A stretch of 32,000 nucleotides of DNA, from NCBI RefSeq assembly GCF_000195855.1, contig NC_002677.1:2220001-2252000 (forward strand), written 5' to 3'. The notes under the pieces are model-generated. The model made no database searches. It saw only the letters and a program-made list of their open reading frames with translations, and was not told where the DNA came from. Shown one piece after another: positions 1 through 9,638 of this stretch. Within the stretch, counting starts at the first letter, position 1. Each line of letters opens with the position of its first letter. The DNA comes from Mycobacterium leprae TN. GTDB lineage: Bacteria > Actinomycetota > Actinomycetes > Mycobacteriales > Mycobacteriaceae. The translations under genes and the position numbers were made by a program.

Positions 1-202
1 ATGACGGTGTAGCTCCGGCTTCGCGGATCACTGACTCGGCAATTTCGTCGAGGCTGAGACTCGACACCCCGGGGCCTGCAGCGTCCCGGACGGCGTGCAG
101 TGCTGCCGCGACCACTGCACCGGCTGCGGCCATCGCGTCAAGTTCGCCAACACTGCGCTGCGGCACAACCCTGCGACTGCGCAGCCGTGTCAACGCGCCC
201 AC
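1..202 (-). CDS. map: Methionine aminopeptidase, N-terminal part (gene runs off the left edge of the window)
   Basis: Reverse-strand translation from GTG at 202-200 reads [67 protein letters not shown], which I recognise as a mycobacterial MapA N-terminus. It lies directly downstream of adk, as in the conserved secY-adk-map order. It is absent from the ORF track because it has no stop inside the window. Confidence 0.85.
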   Translation of the reverse strand, partial: MGALTRLRSRRVVPQRSVGELDAMAAAGAVVAAALHAVRDAAGPGVSSLSLDEIAESVIREAGATPS

Positions 203-213
203 AGCTACTTTAC

Positions 214-759
214 CTACTTTCCCAAGGCGTGCAACGCACGGGCAAACACTTCGTCCATGGTGCCGATGGCGTCAATAGTCTTCAATTCGCTGCTATAGTA
301 CTCCAACAGCGAAGCAGTCTCGTCACGGTAGATGTTCATCCGATTGATGACGACGTCGTCGGTGTCATCGGCGCGGCCCCGCCCTTTAAGCCGCTCCAGC
401 ACCACCGCCTGCGACACGCGAAACTCCAGCACGGCATCAATGTCGGTACCCCGGCGTTCCAGCATTTCATGCAGCGCCTTGGCTTGCTCGAGCGAGCGCG
501 GATACCCATCCAAGATAAACCCGTCGACCGTGTCCGATTTGTTCAGACGGTCGTCCACCAGCTGATTGGTCAGGTCGGCAGGAACCAAGTCGCCGGCGTC
601 CAGGTACTTCTTGGCCTCGTGCCCGAGTTTGGTGTCTTTTTCGATGTTGCGCCGGAACAATTCACCGGTGGAGATCTGCGGGATACCAAGCTTCTCGGCG
701 AGCCTTTGGGCTTGCGTGCCCTTGCCTGCCCCCGGCGGTCCCAGCAAAACAACTCTCAC
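214..759 (-). CDS. adk: Adenylate kinase (short form without a zinc lid)
   Basis: 181-aa ORF with the P-loop GPPGAGKGT, the FILDGYPR motif and an RxDD lid remnant. The GTG start at 759-757 overlaps the secY stop TGA (758-756) by 4 nt (GTGA). Confidence 0.97.
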
Positions 760-2072
760 TTCAGGAACCCTTCATAGTTGCGTTGCATCAGCTGACTCTC
801 GATCTGCTTGACCGTATCCAAGCCAACACCGATCATGATCAACACAGCGGTTCCCCCGAACGGTAAATTCTGGACCTCGCCGCCATTGCCGATCTGCAGG
901 AATAGATTGGGCAACACCGCGATCGCTCCAAGATAGATCGATCCCGGCAACGTAATTCGGCTTAGCACATAACGCAAATAGTCCGCCGTCGGCCGTCCCG
1001 GTCGAATGCCAGGAATGAAACCACCGAACTTCTTCATCTCGTCGGCACGTTCGTCGGGATTGAATGTTACCGATACATAGAAGTAGGTGAAGAAGATGAT
1101 AAGCCCGAAGTATATGTTGATATAAACGGGATCGGCCGGATCCGATAGGTAGGTGCCGACGAATTTGTCCCACCAGCTCTTGCCCACACCACCGCTGCCG
1201 CTGCGGACCAGCTGGGTGATCAGATGTGGAATGTAGATTAACGACGACGCGAAGATTACCGGAATAACGCCGGCCTGATTGACCTTGAGCGGCAGGTATG
1301 TTGAGGTCCCGCCATACATCCGCCGACCCACCATGCGCTTAGCGTATTGCACCGGGATTCGGCGCTGGCCCTGCTCAACGAAGACCACGCCAACGATGAT
1401 GACCAGTGCGGCCAGGCAAACAGCGGCAAAGATGACCCCACCCCGGCTATCTAGGATCTGTTTGCCCTCGGCGGGAATGCGGGCAGCGATACCGACGAAG
1501 ATCAATAACGACATGCCATTGCCGATACCACGTTCGGTGATCAACTCACCCATCCACATCACCAGCGCCGCACCGCCCGTCATCACCAGCACGATGACGA
1601 CCAGACTGAAGATGCTCTGGTCGGAGATGATGTCCTCCTGGCAACCCTGCAGCAGTCCACCGTTGGCCGCCAGCGCCACGATGCTGGTGGCTTGCAGGAC
1701 GGCTAGTGCGATAGCCAGATAGCGGGTGTATTGGGTCATTTTCGCTTGGCCTGCTTGACCCTCTTTGCGTAATTCTTCAAAGCGCGGGATCACCACGGTC
1801 AGCAACTGCACAATGATACTGGCGGTGATATAGGGCATCACCCCTACCGTGAGCTTTAGCAGCGCACCACCGGAGAACAAGTTAATCAGCGAGTAAATTT
1901 CCCCGGCTTCGCCGGCGGTGGCCTCTTGAATGCATTGCTGCACGTGCCGGTAGTTGACGCCCGGAGAGGGCAGTGCCGCACTGACGCGATAGAGCACGAG
2001 GATGCCCAGCGTGAAAAGGATCTTCCGCCTTAAATCGACTGTCCGCAGCGACGAGATGAAAGCCGAGAGCAC
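756..2072 (-). CDS. secY: Preprotein translocase subunit SecY
   Basis: Polytopic membrane protein with full-length SecY similarity ([23 protein letters not shown] ... [12 protein letters not shown]). I place the start at GTG 2072-2070 because it is preceded by a strong Shine-Dalgarno sequence (sense gcAGGAGGaaga-GTG). This start also matches the conserved SecY N-terminus. The ORF-track start at 2108 would add 12 non-conserved residues. Confidence 0.95.
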   Translation of the reverse strand: MLSAFISSLRTVDLRRKILFTLGILVLYRVSAALPSPGVNYRHVQQCIQEATAGEAGEIYSLINLFSGGALLKLTVGVMPYITASIIVQLLTVVIPRFEELRKEGQAGQAKMTQYTRYLAIALAVLQATSIVALAANGGLLQGCQEDIISDQSIFSLVVIVLVMTGGAALVMWMGELITERGIGNGMSLLIFVGIAARIPAEGKQILDSRGGVIFAAVCLAALVIIVGVVFVEQGQRRIPVQYAKRMVGRRMYGGTSTYLPLKVNQAGVIPVIFASSLIYIPHLITQLVRSGSGGVGKSWWDKFVGTYLSDPADPVYINIYFGLIIFFTYFYVSVTFNPDERADEMKKFGGFIPGIRPGRPTADYLRYVLSRITLPGSIYLGAIAVLPNLFLQIGNGGEVQNLPFGGTAVLIMIGVGLDTVKQIESQLMQRNYEGFLK

Positions 2073-2411
2073 TCTTCCTCCTGCGCAGCCAAACTCTTTT
2101 CGCGACATGCCAACCAGGCTGGTCCGGCTGGCATCGATTTCCGGGGGTTATCCTGCGTCTCGCGCATCATACCCGCAGGCAGGGACATACCGCGTCGCCC
2201 GTCAAACCGTGTACGAGACTAACAGCTGGTCTGTACAAGCCCCCTTGCGGGCCGCCGGGAAGCCCCGCGAATCAGGCCGGCAAGGCCGCCGAATACTCCA
2301 CCATCACATGCCGGACCCGGCCAGTCAACAAACGTAAAGTTTTGGGTAGGTCATTACAGTTGGCTAAGCATGAAGCGGCAAAACATCAGTATAAACGACG
2401 AAGGGCAACGG

Positions 2412-3186
2412 ATGACGGGGATTGAGCAACGCCCGACTTGAGATTGACCCTTGGGACCTGGCTACTGTATGGAGATGCCAACATGGCCGCCAACGGATCA
2501 GCAGTCTTGATCAACGATCAGTTCGCGGAAGCGACGGATATGGGAAACAAAGATATCTCGCGTCGGCGATTTTTCCTAAACACCGCACGAGGCAATATCC
2601 AGCAAACCGTCATTTTAGCAGCCGGCCTGGATGTCTGCGCCTATCGGCTGCTCTGGCCATCCCATACCACAGTGATCCAAATCTATCAACCCCAGGTGAT
2701 CTGTATTAAAGATCACGACGCCAGCCGCCCTAAGGCGCCCAGCCGACGGCGAAGCAACGCGCCGTGGGGATCGACCTGGACGACGAACGTGGAGCGCGGA
2801 AAGCTTGCTGATGTACCTTCCACCGGATACTCAAGACCGGCTGTTCTACAACATCACCGCGCTCAGCGCGCCGGGAAGCCAGCTCGCCACCGAATACCAT
2901 CCGGATTCGGGTGCGACGATGTCGCAGAGCGCGCAGGACTTCAGGCAAGCGGTGGGTCAAATTGGGTTGCGGCATCGACCTGTCCGGACTGTTCTGCGAC
3001 GGCAAGCGCAGCAATGTCATTCATTACCTGGCCTATTGCGGCTGGCAGGTGACGACCAGGCCACGGCGTGATTTGTTAGCCGATTACGGCCACGTCTTCC
3101 CAGACGACGATGAGATGTCTCAGTTCCGCAATGTTGTCACCGTTACTGCAATTCTGAGAACTGAACTCCGCCGACAGCAGACTTGA
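2412..3186 (+). pseudogene. SAM-dependent (Rv0731c-like, leucine-carboxyl-methyltransferase-family) methyltransferase pseudogene
   Basis: Family motifs are spread over three plus-strand frames: DPWDLAT (2422 ORF), [31 protein letters not shown] (2438 ORF), [28 protein letters not shown] (2805 ORF), and GIDLSGLF...[22 protein letters not shown] (2911 ORF). ATG at 2412 is followed by a stop after 9 codons. Several frameshifts are present, and the N-terminal third is shortened. Confidence 0.75.
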
Positions 3187-3215
3187 TCTGCGTTGGCCAG
3201 CAAGGAACCCAGCTG

Positions 3216-3899
3216 TTAGTCAGCCGTGATACGGCTATGCAAGTCGGCGGCGGGCGCTCGGGCAACCATTGGCACGGCGGGGAAGCAGTACGCCATCTCT
3301 GACCGTGACTTGCGCAGCGCAGCGGTGCCGTAACCCTTCTTTCGGTGATCGGGGCAAATCCAGACCCGAACATCCACCTCGCCATGGACGAGTTCACCGA
3401 ACACCATCCCAACCTTCGCGCCTGAGTCTACGGCCACAAACCACGCAGCCTCTTCGTCGGCGACGCGGACCAGCGCCGCACGGATCTCGTCATCAATGCT
3501 GCCGGCCGGTCCGCCAGACCCATCGCCGGCAGAATTGATTTCCGCGGTGCGGGCAGCGAAGATGTCACGGTCATCTTCGCCGGAAAAAGGTCGAAGCTCG
3601 AGACTTTCCCCCAGGCTTGCCGGGCGCTCCTGGAGGGTGAAACTCAGCTGCTTGTTCAGATCTTCCAGCTCGGCAAGGATCTTTTTGCGGGAGTCTTTGG
3701 TGAGCCGGTCGAACGACATGCTCATGACCGCTTCGGCAGCCAGGCGAGACGTGTCAAGCAGCTTGACGATCGCCTCGACTGCGGCGGGCTTATTTTCGGC
3801 CTCCACCACGGCGTCGGCTATCTCGTGGCGACGTTCCAGCGCCTTCAACAGAGCGTCAGCTGTCTCTCGTCGGGCAGCGGTTTGGTCGTGGTCAGTCAT
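3216..3899 (-). CDS. Intact two-domain protein: C-terminal GNAT (acetyltransferase) fold, N-terminal helical region resembling the GyrA/ParC coiled-coil segment (Rv0730-like)
   Basis: Uninterrupted 227-aa ORF. The C-terminal half carries a GNAT-like acetyl-CoA loop (HRKKGYGTAALRKS). The N-terminal part, ALLKALERRHEIADAVVEAENKPAAVEAIVKLLDTSRLAAEAVMSMSFDRLTKDSRKKILAELEDLNKQL, follows the GyrA pattern (ILxGL..ID.VI..IR......A...L......QA.AIL.M.L.RLT..E..K...E..EL). Its position matches Rv0730. Confidence 0.8.
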   Translation of the reverse strand: MTDHDQTAARRETADALLKALERRHEIADAVVEAENKPAAVEAIVKLLDTSRLAAEAVMSMSFDRLTKDSRKKILAELEDLNKQLSFTLQERPASLGESLELRPFSGEDDRDIFAARTAEINSAGDGSGGPAGSIDDEIRAALVRVADEEAAWFVAVDSGAKVGMVFGELVHGEVDVRVWICPDHRKKGYGTAALRKSRSEMAYCFPAVPMVARAPAADLHSRITAD

Positions 3900-3908
3900 G
3901 GCATAAGC

Positions 3909-4993
3909 CTAGAACGCCACCTCGATTGTCGCGCTAGGCCACGAGGCTAGACGCCAAGCAACAGCCGGTCTGCTAGCGTGAAAAACCCCAACCCCCAATG
4001 CCGCTCCCTCAGCCACCTGCACCGGTCCGACGGGTCGCGTCGGCGATGGCCTGATTCCAACGCCAGACCACAGTACCGCCGCCAGCGACCACGATGCGCG
4101 ATACCGATATTCCACTCAGTTCGATGAGCTGGCGAACCACAAAGCCGGACACCTTGTATGCACCCAGCCGAGGAATAATCTGCCGGAATTGCTGGCTCGT
4201 CCGATCTGACTCTTCCCGGCGGCTGGGTGCGGGGTTGCCCACAGCCCAGGAACCCGTCTTGGCTCCAGGGTAGGGATCCATACAATCAAGGTAGTGCTAC
4301 ACAGCACCAGCACGTCGCCGGCGCGGTCAACGCCAGCCACGATCCGTTAAGCACCAACGACACTGCCGGTCGCCAACACGGAGCTGCTCTCGGCGAACTT
4401 GGCCAACAGCCGCTCCGATTGCCTCCGCTTGAGCATGCGGTCGACGGTCACTCCGCAGCCGTTGCATGCCATCAAGCTCCACTCGGTGCCGCCGAAGAGG
4501 GGCCAGAACCGTGATAGCTATGGCAAAGTCTATCACTGCCTCGCCGGCCAGCATGTAGTTGGCTACCGCTGGTGGCGGGTTAGTAGCTGACCGCCTCAGC
4601 GGCGGCCGTCCAGCACAGAAACTCGGCGGCCTCGCCCACCGGCGGAAGCAGTTGTGCCGGTGAGACCAAGTCAGCGGGCACCCGGTCCCAGCTGTTGCCG
4701 TACAGCAGTCCCGACACGACGAGCCTGCCTGCGGAATCGATGGCGGTCAACGTGGGGACCATGGACGCAACGGCCACCACCTTGATGTCGGTCCGAATCA
4801 ATCGGTCCAGGGCCGCCAACGGACCCTGCAGCCATGCCTGGTTGGCGTCGTGTTCCAACCGATCGGGGGTCGGCACCTGCAGCTGGTGGCCAATCCACTG
4901 CCGAGCCTTCACGTGACCGTTCTCGTCTGCAACCACCGCTTTGAACGCGATGCTACCGACGTCGATGCCGATTGTGACGCCTTTACGCGATAC
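3909..4993 (-). pseudogene. xylB: FGGY-family sugar (xylulose) kinase pseudogene
   Basis: The N-terminal kinase motif GVTIGIDVGSIAFKAVVADENGHV is continuous with ORF 4580-4936. Later motifs sit in other minus-strand frames (AGEAVIDFAIA in 4327-4554; VVAGGGTVVWRWNQAIADATRRT in 4009-4281). The expected start codon reads GTA (4993-4991). There are at least three frame changes. Confidence 0.7.
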
Positions 4994-5024
4994 AGACGTT
5001 GCTGTACAACAGCATTGGCTTTCG

Positions 5025-6010
5025 CCGACGTCTCTACCACGTGCCTTGGTAACAGCTCAGCTGCAAGGACCGGGCTTCGCTAAGCTTCGAGAGTTGGCCT
5101 ACGTGGTGTACAACCCTTGGATAGGTGAGCGCGATCAGACCCCGCTTAAGCTCTACAACACAGCTGGCCAACCGGATCGCACACAAAGGCATCGATGTGG
5201 TGGTAGAAAGCGACTCGGTCGGTACCCGGGTCTTTTACCAGGGATGGCGCGCCGTACTCTCCATCGCAGCCCCCGCGGGGATCCCACCAACGTCGATATT
5301 CCTGACACCATCGCAGCCGGCATTCCGGTGCTGAACACCCTGGCCGACAACGCCGACGCGGTCACCGAGATGGCTGTGACTTTGTGGCTAACGGCCACCC
5401 GTCATCTGCTGAACCACATATGTGAATATCTTCAGCGGCAACATGTTTCGTGATGGCAACATTCCCTATCAGCAGTTCCATTGAGGAGAAATCGCCAAGC
5501 GCACAGCAGGGCTGGTTGGCCTGGATGCGGTTGCCTAGCGTTACAGTGGCGGCTATCAGGGCTGGGCTTGCGGGTCATCACCACCGACCCTTACAACGAC
5601 GAAGCCCGCCACAACCTCGACGAGCTGCGCAACGAGGCTGATGTCCCCTCGCTGCACGCATCGATCACCGACGAAACCATAGAGATGGTAGACACAAAAC
5701 AACTTCGGACCTTACGTGATGGTGTCGTCTTGCTCAACACCGCTCGGTCTCAGCTGCACGACACCTACGCACTGGTAGACGAGTTGCGCCAAAACCGGGT
5801 AGCCACCGCAGGACTCGACCACTTCGTCAGCGAGTGACTGCCGCCCCCGATTACCCGTTGGTGGATACGCCCAACGTCGTACTCACCCCGCACATCAGCC
5901 GCGCGACGTGGAACACTGAGGACCAGCCGAGCACAGATAGTTGCCGACGATCTAGAAGCGTTGCTAGTCAGACAACACGCCCGCCTACATTCTGAACACA
6001 GAAGTACTCG
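5025..6010 (+). pseudogene. serA2: D-isomer-specific 2-hydroxyacid / phosphoglycerate dehydrogenase pseudogene (Rv0728c-like)
   Basis: SLPRALVTAQLQGPGFAKLRELAYVVYNPW and AAGIPVLNTLADNADAVTEMAVTLWLTATRHL lie in ORF 4941-5453. The NAD-binding-loop remnant GEIAKRTAGLVGLDAVA is in another frame. GLRVITTDPY...SLHASITDETIEMVD...VLLNTARSQLHDTYALVDELRQNRVATAGLDHF lies in ORF 5481-5837. PDYPLVDTPNVVLTPHISRATWNTE is in a third frame. There is an in-frame TGA at 5451-5453. Confidence 0.7.
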
Positions 6011-6015
6011 TCCTG

Positions 6016-6720
6016 ATGACAACTGCGAAAGCCGTCCCCACCCCGAAGCTACGGCTGGCGACGAACAAAGACATGCTGATCCGGGGACTTGGTCGAGGGA
6101 ACGGCGGGCAACATTTCAGCCCGGAACTGCAACGGCAACATCGTCATCACGCTGTTGTCGGTCGACTACCGGGACATGCTACCCGACGATCTTATGCTGA
6201 TCTATCCCGAAGAGGGAATCATAGGAACGAAAGCCAGCCGGGTGCCGTCGTCGCAAATCAAGTTGCATATGGCGTGCCAAAAAGCGTTCAACGACATCGA
6301 CAGCGTCATTCACAGTCATCCTGGTGCGGTCGACCACGCTCGCCATCGCTCATAAGCCGATTCCAGCTTGCATTGACGAGTTCGCAGTCTAATACGGCGA
6401 GCACATTCAGTGCCCTGGCAACGGAAAAACCGACACGCCGCGGATGTCCCTTGCAATGCAGTGGAAAACCTCTCTAGAATTCTAGCACACCTAATCTAGG
6501 TTTAATGGAGAGCTACGACGCGCGTGGGATCGCGAGTCGGCGAATTGGATAGCAGAAACAGCCACACAGCATCAGGCGTGACTGTGGCACTGTTTACCGG
6601 TTGTTCCAAACTGACCGCCAAATCGGCCCAGAGCATAGCACACGCCTGTACGCGGGTGCATAAGTAACGTGGATACCTCCGGAGGATATTACCACTAACC
6701 GAAAAAGGTGGAGGACGCAA
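6016..6720 (+). pseudogene. fucA: Class II (L-fuculose-phosphate-type) aldolase pseudogene
   Basis: ATG at 6016 (MTTAKAV...NKDMLIRGL) shifts into VEGTAGNISARNCNGNIVITLLSVDYRDMLPDDLMLI...SSQIKLHMACQKAFNDIDSVIHSHP (ORF 6089-6355). It then reads HKPIPACIDEFAV followed by a stop. A further C-terminal remnant (IPPEDITTN, about 6670-6700) lies in another frame. Confidence 0.7.
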
Positions 6721-6935
6721 AGAACAAGTTCGAGGTCAACGCCCCAAGAGAGCGCTGCCCTCGAAAAGAAGGATCAGGGATCCTGGGATCGGGAAGCCGA
6801 GGCAATGGCCACCTTACGCACGTAAAGTGCAGGCTTAGCTGTCGAAAGTAACTCCATTTGGAGAAGTGTCACAGATCGTCGCCCCGTCACTCTGACTAAC
6901 CGTTTTCAACGAGATGAGCCACATCGCTAAGACTC

Positions 6936-8813
6936 TCAAAACCGGTACTCCCCCAACCACAGCACTCTGACACCGCTTAACGCTTGCTCGACCTGTTCGA
7001 GTATCCCGGCAACCGAGCGTCCTAGCAGCGTGGCTACCGCGTCTGGCAACGACGCAGCCCCGGGTTGCGACGACGCACGGGGTCGTACCATGTCCAGCAA
7101 CGACGAGCCGGGGTAACTGACGATGCGGACATCGACGTCCGCATCCAAACCGGCTAGGACCTTGGCTCTGCGCACCGCGGTTACAAGCCCGCCGAGTTCG
7201 TCGACCAGACCGCGTTCGAGAGCATCGGCACCAGTCCAAATCCGCCCTCGCGCAACATCATCCACTGCATCAGTGGTCATGCCGCGGCCTTCTGCTACGC
7301 GTTCAAGAAAGTCAGCATAGCACAGGTCCGCCTCGGCCTCTCGATGGGTGTGCTGCTCCGGCGTGAACGGCACGTTAGCCGACCACGCATCAGCATTGGC
7401 GTTGGTGCGCACCGTATCTGACCCAACGCCCAACCGACCTTTCAGGTCCCGAATCACCAGCTTCCCGGTGATCACGCCAATCGAACCGGTGATCGTACCG
7501 GGATTGGCCACAATCTCGTCAGCGCCCACCGAGACGTAGTAGCCGCCAGAGGCAGCTACCGCCCCCATGGAAACCACTACCGGCTTGCCGCGATCGCGGG
7601 CCCTTTTCACCTCACGCCAGATGGTTTCAGATGCGGTAACCGAGCCACCCGGGCTGTTCACCCGCAGCACAATCGCGGACACTGAATCGTCGGCAGCGAC
7701 CTCGCGGAGCGCCGCCGCAATGGTGTCACCACCGCCGGTAGAGATACCGAACGGCAGAAACTGCGGTCCACCGCGCCCGTTGACAATCGGACCTTCCAGA
7801 GTGACCACGACAACCGTTGGCTTGGATCGGCGTCCGGGAATCAACGGCATGGGGGGCATCAACCGTGACCGGCCCGCACTAGCGTAGCGCGACAAATACA
7901 GTCGCGGTAGACCGTCGTTGGCCTCTGTTCTCGCCTGCGGCTCGCTTGAATTTGGTGTAATACTTTCAGCACCAACAAGTTCCGCTATACGAGCATAAGC
8001 TTCGTCGCGGAATCCAATACGGTCGACCAAACCGGAAGCGACCGCGTCATCGCGTAACAGAGGAGCCCGGTCGGCCAACGGATTGAGCGCTGCGGGATCG
8101 ATCCTGCGTGATTCGGCGATCCCCTGCCACACCTGGCCTTGCAGACTTTCCAGCATTCGGCTGACCGCCTCGCGGTGAGCGTCGGTGAAGCCGCCTTCGG
8201 TGAAAAGGTTTGCCGCTGACTTGTATTCACCCCGTGCGACGAACTGCGCTTCGATCCCTACCTTGGCCAGCACGTCGCGTAGAAACGTGGCATTGCTAGC
8301 GAAGCCGACCAGCCCGACACTACCCGACGGCTGCATCCAGACCTCACCAAAGGCCGAAGCCAGGTAGTAGGACAGCGTGCCAGGATAAGTCTCGGCCCAG
8401 GCCAGTGACGGCTTGACCGCACTGAAAGTGGCGACGGCTTCGCGCAGTTCCTGCACTGCCGCAGGCGGCGACGCACCAAGCTGAACGCGGGCAATCATAC
8501 CGGCGACCCGGGGGTCGGCGGCGGCGCGGTGAATCGCGGCGACAGCCTCGCGCAGGGCCATCGGTCGGCCACCCCTAGTGATAATTGTGAAGGGGTCAAA
8601 GCTGGTCGTTTCCGGCGGCAACGACCGCAGATTGACTTCGAGCACGCAACCATTCGGTATGCCATGGTGACGGGCCGTGTTAACCCGGTTGGCCAGGGCA
8701 CGCACGTCATCGATACCAGGAAAAGGGGGCAGAAAGGCGGACATGCTTGCAGCGTACCGATACGTGGCGTCGGACATCTCAGACCGCTGCTCAGCCGTGG
8801 TGAAGCCACCCAC
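6936..8813 (-). CDS. sppA: Signal peptide peptidase SppA, 67K (tandem S49) type
   Basis: Uninterrupted 625-aa ORF with two S49 peptidase repeats (…VARGEYKSAANLFTE… and …SMGAVAASGGYYVSVGADEIVANPGTITGSIGV…). The start is uncertain. 8813 (GTG) is the longest option, and ATG 8777 and ATG 8744 (MSAFLPPFPGIDD…) are alternatives. None has a clear SD. Confidence 0.9.
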   Translation of the reverse strand: MGGFTTAEQRSEMSDATYRYAASMSAFLPPFPGIDDVRALANRVNTARHHGIPNGCVLEVNLRSLPPETTSFDPFTIITRGGRPMALREAVAAIHRAAADPRVAGMIARVQLGASPPAAVQELREAVATFSAVKPSLAWAETYPGTLSYYLASAFGEVWMQPSGSVGLVGFASNATFLRDVLAKVGIEAQFVARGEYKSAANLFTEGGFTDAHREAVSRMLESLQGQVWQGIAESRRIDPAALNPLADRAPLLRDDAVASGLVDRIGFRDEAYARIAELVGAESITPNSSEPQARTEANDGLPRLYLSRYASAGRSRLMPPMPLIPGRRSKPTVVVVTLEGPIVNGRGGPQFLPFGISTGGGDTIAAALREVAADDSVSAIVLRVNSPGGSVTASETIWREVKRARDRGKPVVVSMGAVAASGGYYVSVGADEIVANPGTITGSIGVITGKLVIRDLKGRLGVGSDTVRTNANADAWSANVPFTPEQHTHREAEADLCYADFLERVAEGRGMTTDAVDDVARGRIWTGADALERGLVDELGGLVTAVRRAKVLAGLDADVDVRIVSYPGSSLLDMVRPRASSQPGAASLPDAVATLLGRSVAGILEQVEQALSGVRVLWLGEYRF

Positions 8814-8960
8814 CGTACAGTGGTGAAGTGAAGTTCTCGATCACTATGATCCCCGCAGACGGACTTCGATGACGCCGAGCTCCACACCCAGGTCATCGGG
8901 GAAACACTGCAACTGACCCTCGGCCGTAACCACCGTCGTCAACCGGATCAGCCACAGAGT

Positions 8961-8991
8961 CGCACAAAACCGAGCTGACTTAGAGCTCGGT
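8961..8991 (-). terminator. Candidate intrinsic terminator/attenuator at the end of rplO
   Basis: Sense strand reads ACCGAGCT-ctaagtc-AGCTCGGT followed by TTTGTGCG. This is a perfect 8-bp stem (8969-8976 / 8984-8991) with a 7-nt loop containing the rplO stop codon, then a short U-rich run. It sits at the last gene of the spc block, ahead of sppA. Confidence 0.45.
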
Positions 8992-9420
8992 AACAGAGCC
9001 GCCAGCTACGGTGATCTTGTGACGCGCACTGCCGCTGAACTTATGCGCGGACAGGGTGACTTTGACAGTCAGCTTGCCGTCACCTAGAATTTTAACCAAT
9101 GAGTTTTTACGAATAGCTTTCTTGGCGACTAAGTCGTTTACGCTGATTGTGCCGCCTTCAGGGAACAGCCGGCTTATGTCACCGACATTGACGACCGCAT
9201 ATTCTGTCCGTAATCGATTCCGGAATCCCTTCAGCTTAGGCAACCGCATGTGGATTGGCATCTGCCCGCCCTCAAAGGTCACTGGTACCTGCTTACGGGC
9301 TTTGGTACCCTTGGTACCGCGGCCAGCCGTCTTGCCTTTCGAGGCCTCACCGCGGCCGACCCGGGTACGTGTAGTTTTCGACCCGCGCGCAGGTTGCAGG
9401 TCGTGCAGCTTAATCGTCAC
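8980..9420 (-). CDS. rplO: 50S ribosomal protein L15
   Basis: 146-aa ORF ([43 protein letters not shown]…). The GTG start abuts the rpmD stop. Confidence 0.97.
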   Translation of the reverse strand: MTIKLHDLQPARGSKTTRTRVGRGEASKGKTAGRGTKGTKARKQVPVTFEGGQMPIHMRLPKLKGFRNRLRTEYAVVNVGDISRLFPEGGTISVNDLVAKKAIRKNSLVKILGDGKLTVKVTLSAHKFSGSARHKITVAGGSVTEL

Positions 9421-9636
9421 TTAATCTCTCCCCCCACCCACAGGAGTACTACCTCCGGTGGCCGGCTCCACCTCGACGAGGTGACGCACCACAGCGATCA
9501 GCCCGCGGGTTTGGAGGTTGTCTTCGCGAATCACCGAATGCCGAATCCGCCTCAGGCCCAGGGTGCGCAGGCTCTCACGCTGCTTCCACCGCACCCCGAT
9601 CGTGCTACGTACCTGGGTAATCTTCAGACTTGCCAT
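9421..9636 (-). CDS. rpmD: 50S ribosomal protein L30
   Basis: 71-aa ORF ([39 protein letters not shown]…). The ATG lies 2 nt after the rpsE stop. Confidence 0.96.
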
Positions 9637-9638
9637 GG

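Noticed and set aside
100-777. 225-aa plus-strand ORF (and the nested 67-81-aa ORFs) covering the adk region
   Set aside because: It lies exactly antisense to a clearly functional adenylate kinase. It has Arg/Pro/Ala-rich low-complexity composition with no recognisable motifs. Such shadow ORFs are typical on the opposite strand of genes in GC-rich genomes.
756-2108. Longer secY start at 2108 (450 aa) as given by the ORF track
   Set aside because: The 12 extra residues (MSRKEFGCAGGR) are not SecY-like. The GTG at 2072 has a near-perfect AGGAGG SD and restores the conserved N-terminus.
6474-6485. 12-bp perfect palindrome ctagaattctag, and a second tctagaattc at 17770-17779
   Set aside because: Both are short restriction-site-like palindromes inside decayed sequence. 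Nothing is shared in the flanks of the two copies beyond about 10 bp, so there is no evidence for a repeat family or an operator.
6721-6935. Remnants of the two methyltransferase genes expected by synteny next to sppA
   Set aside because: I translated all plus-strand frames and found none of the family motifs seen in the 2412-3186 pseudogene. The open frame here is just the continuation of the shifted fucA frame.
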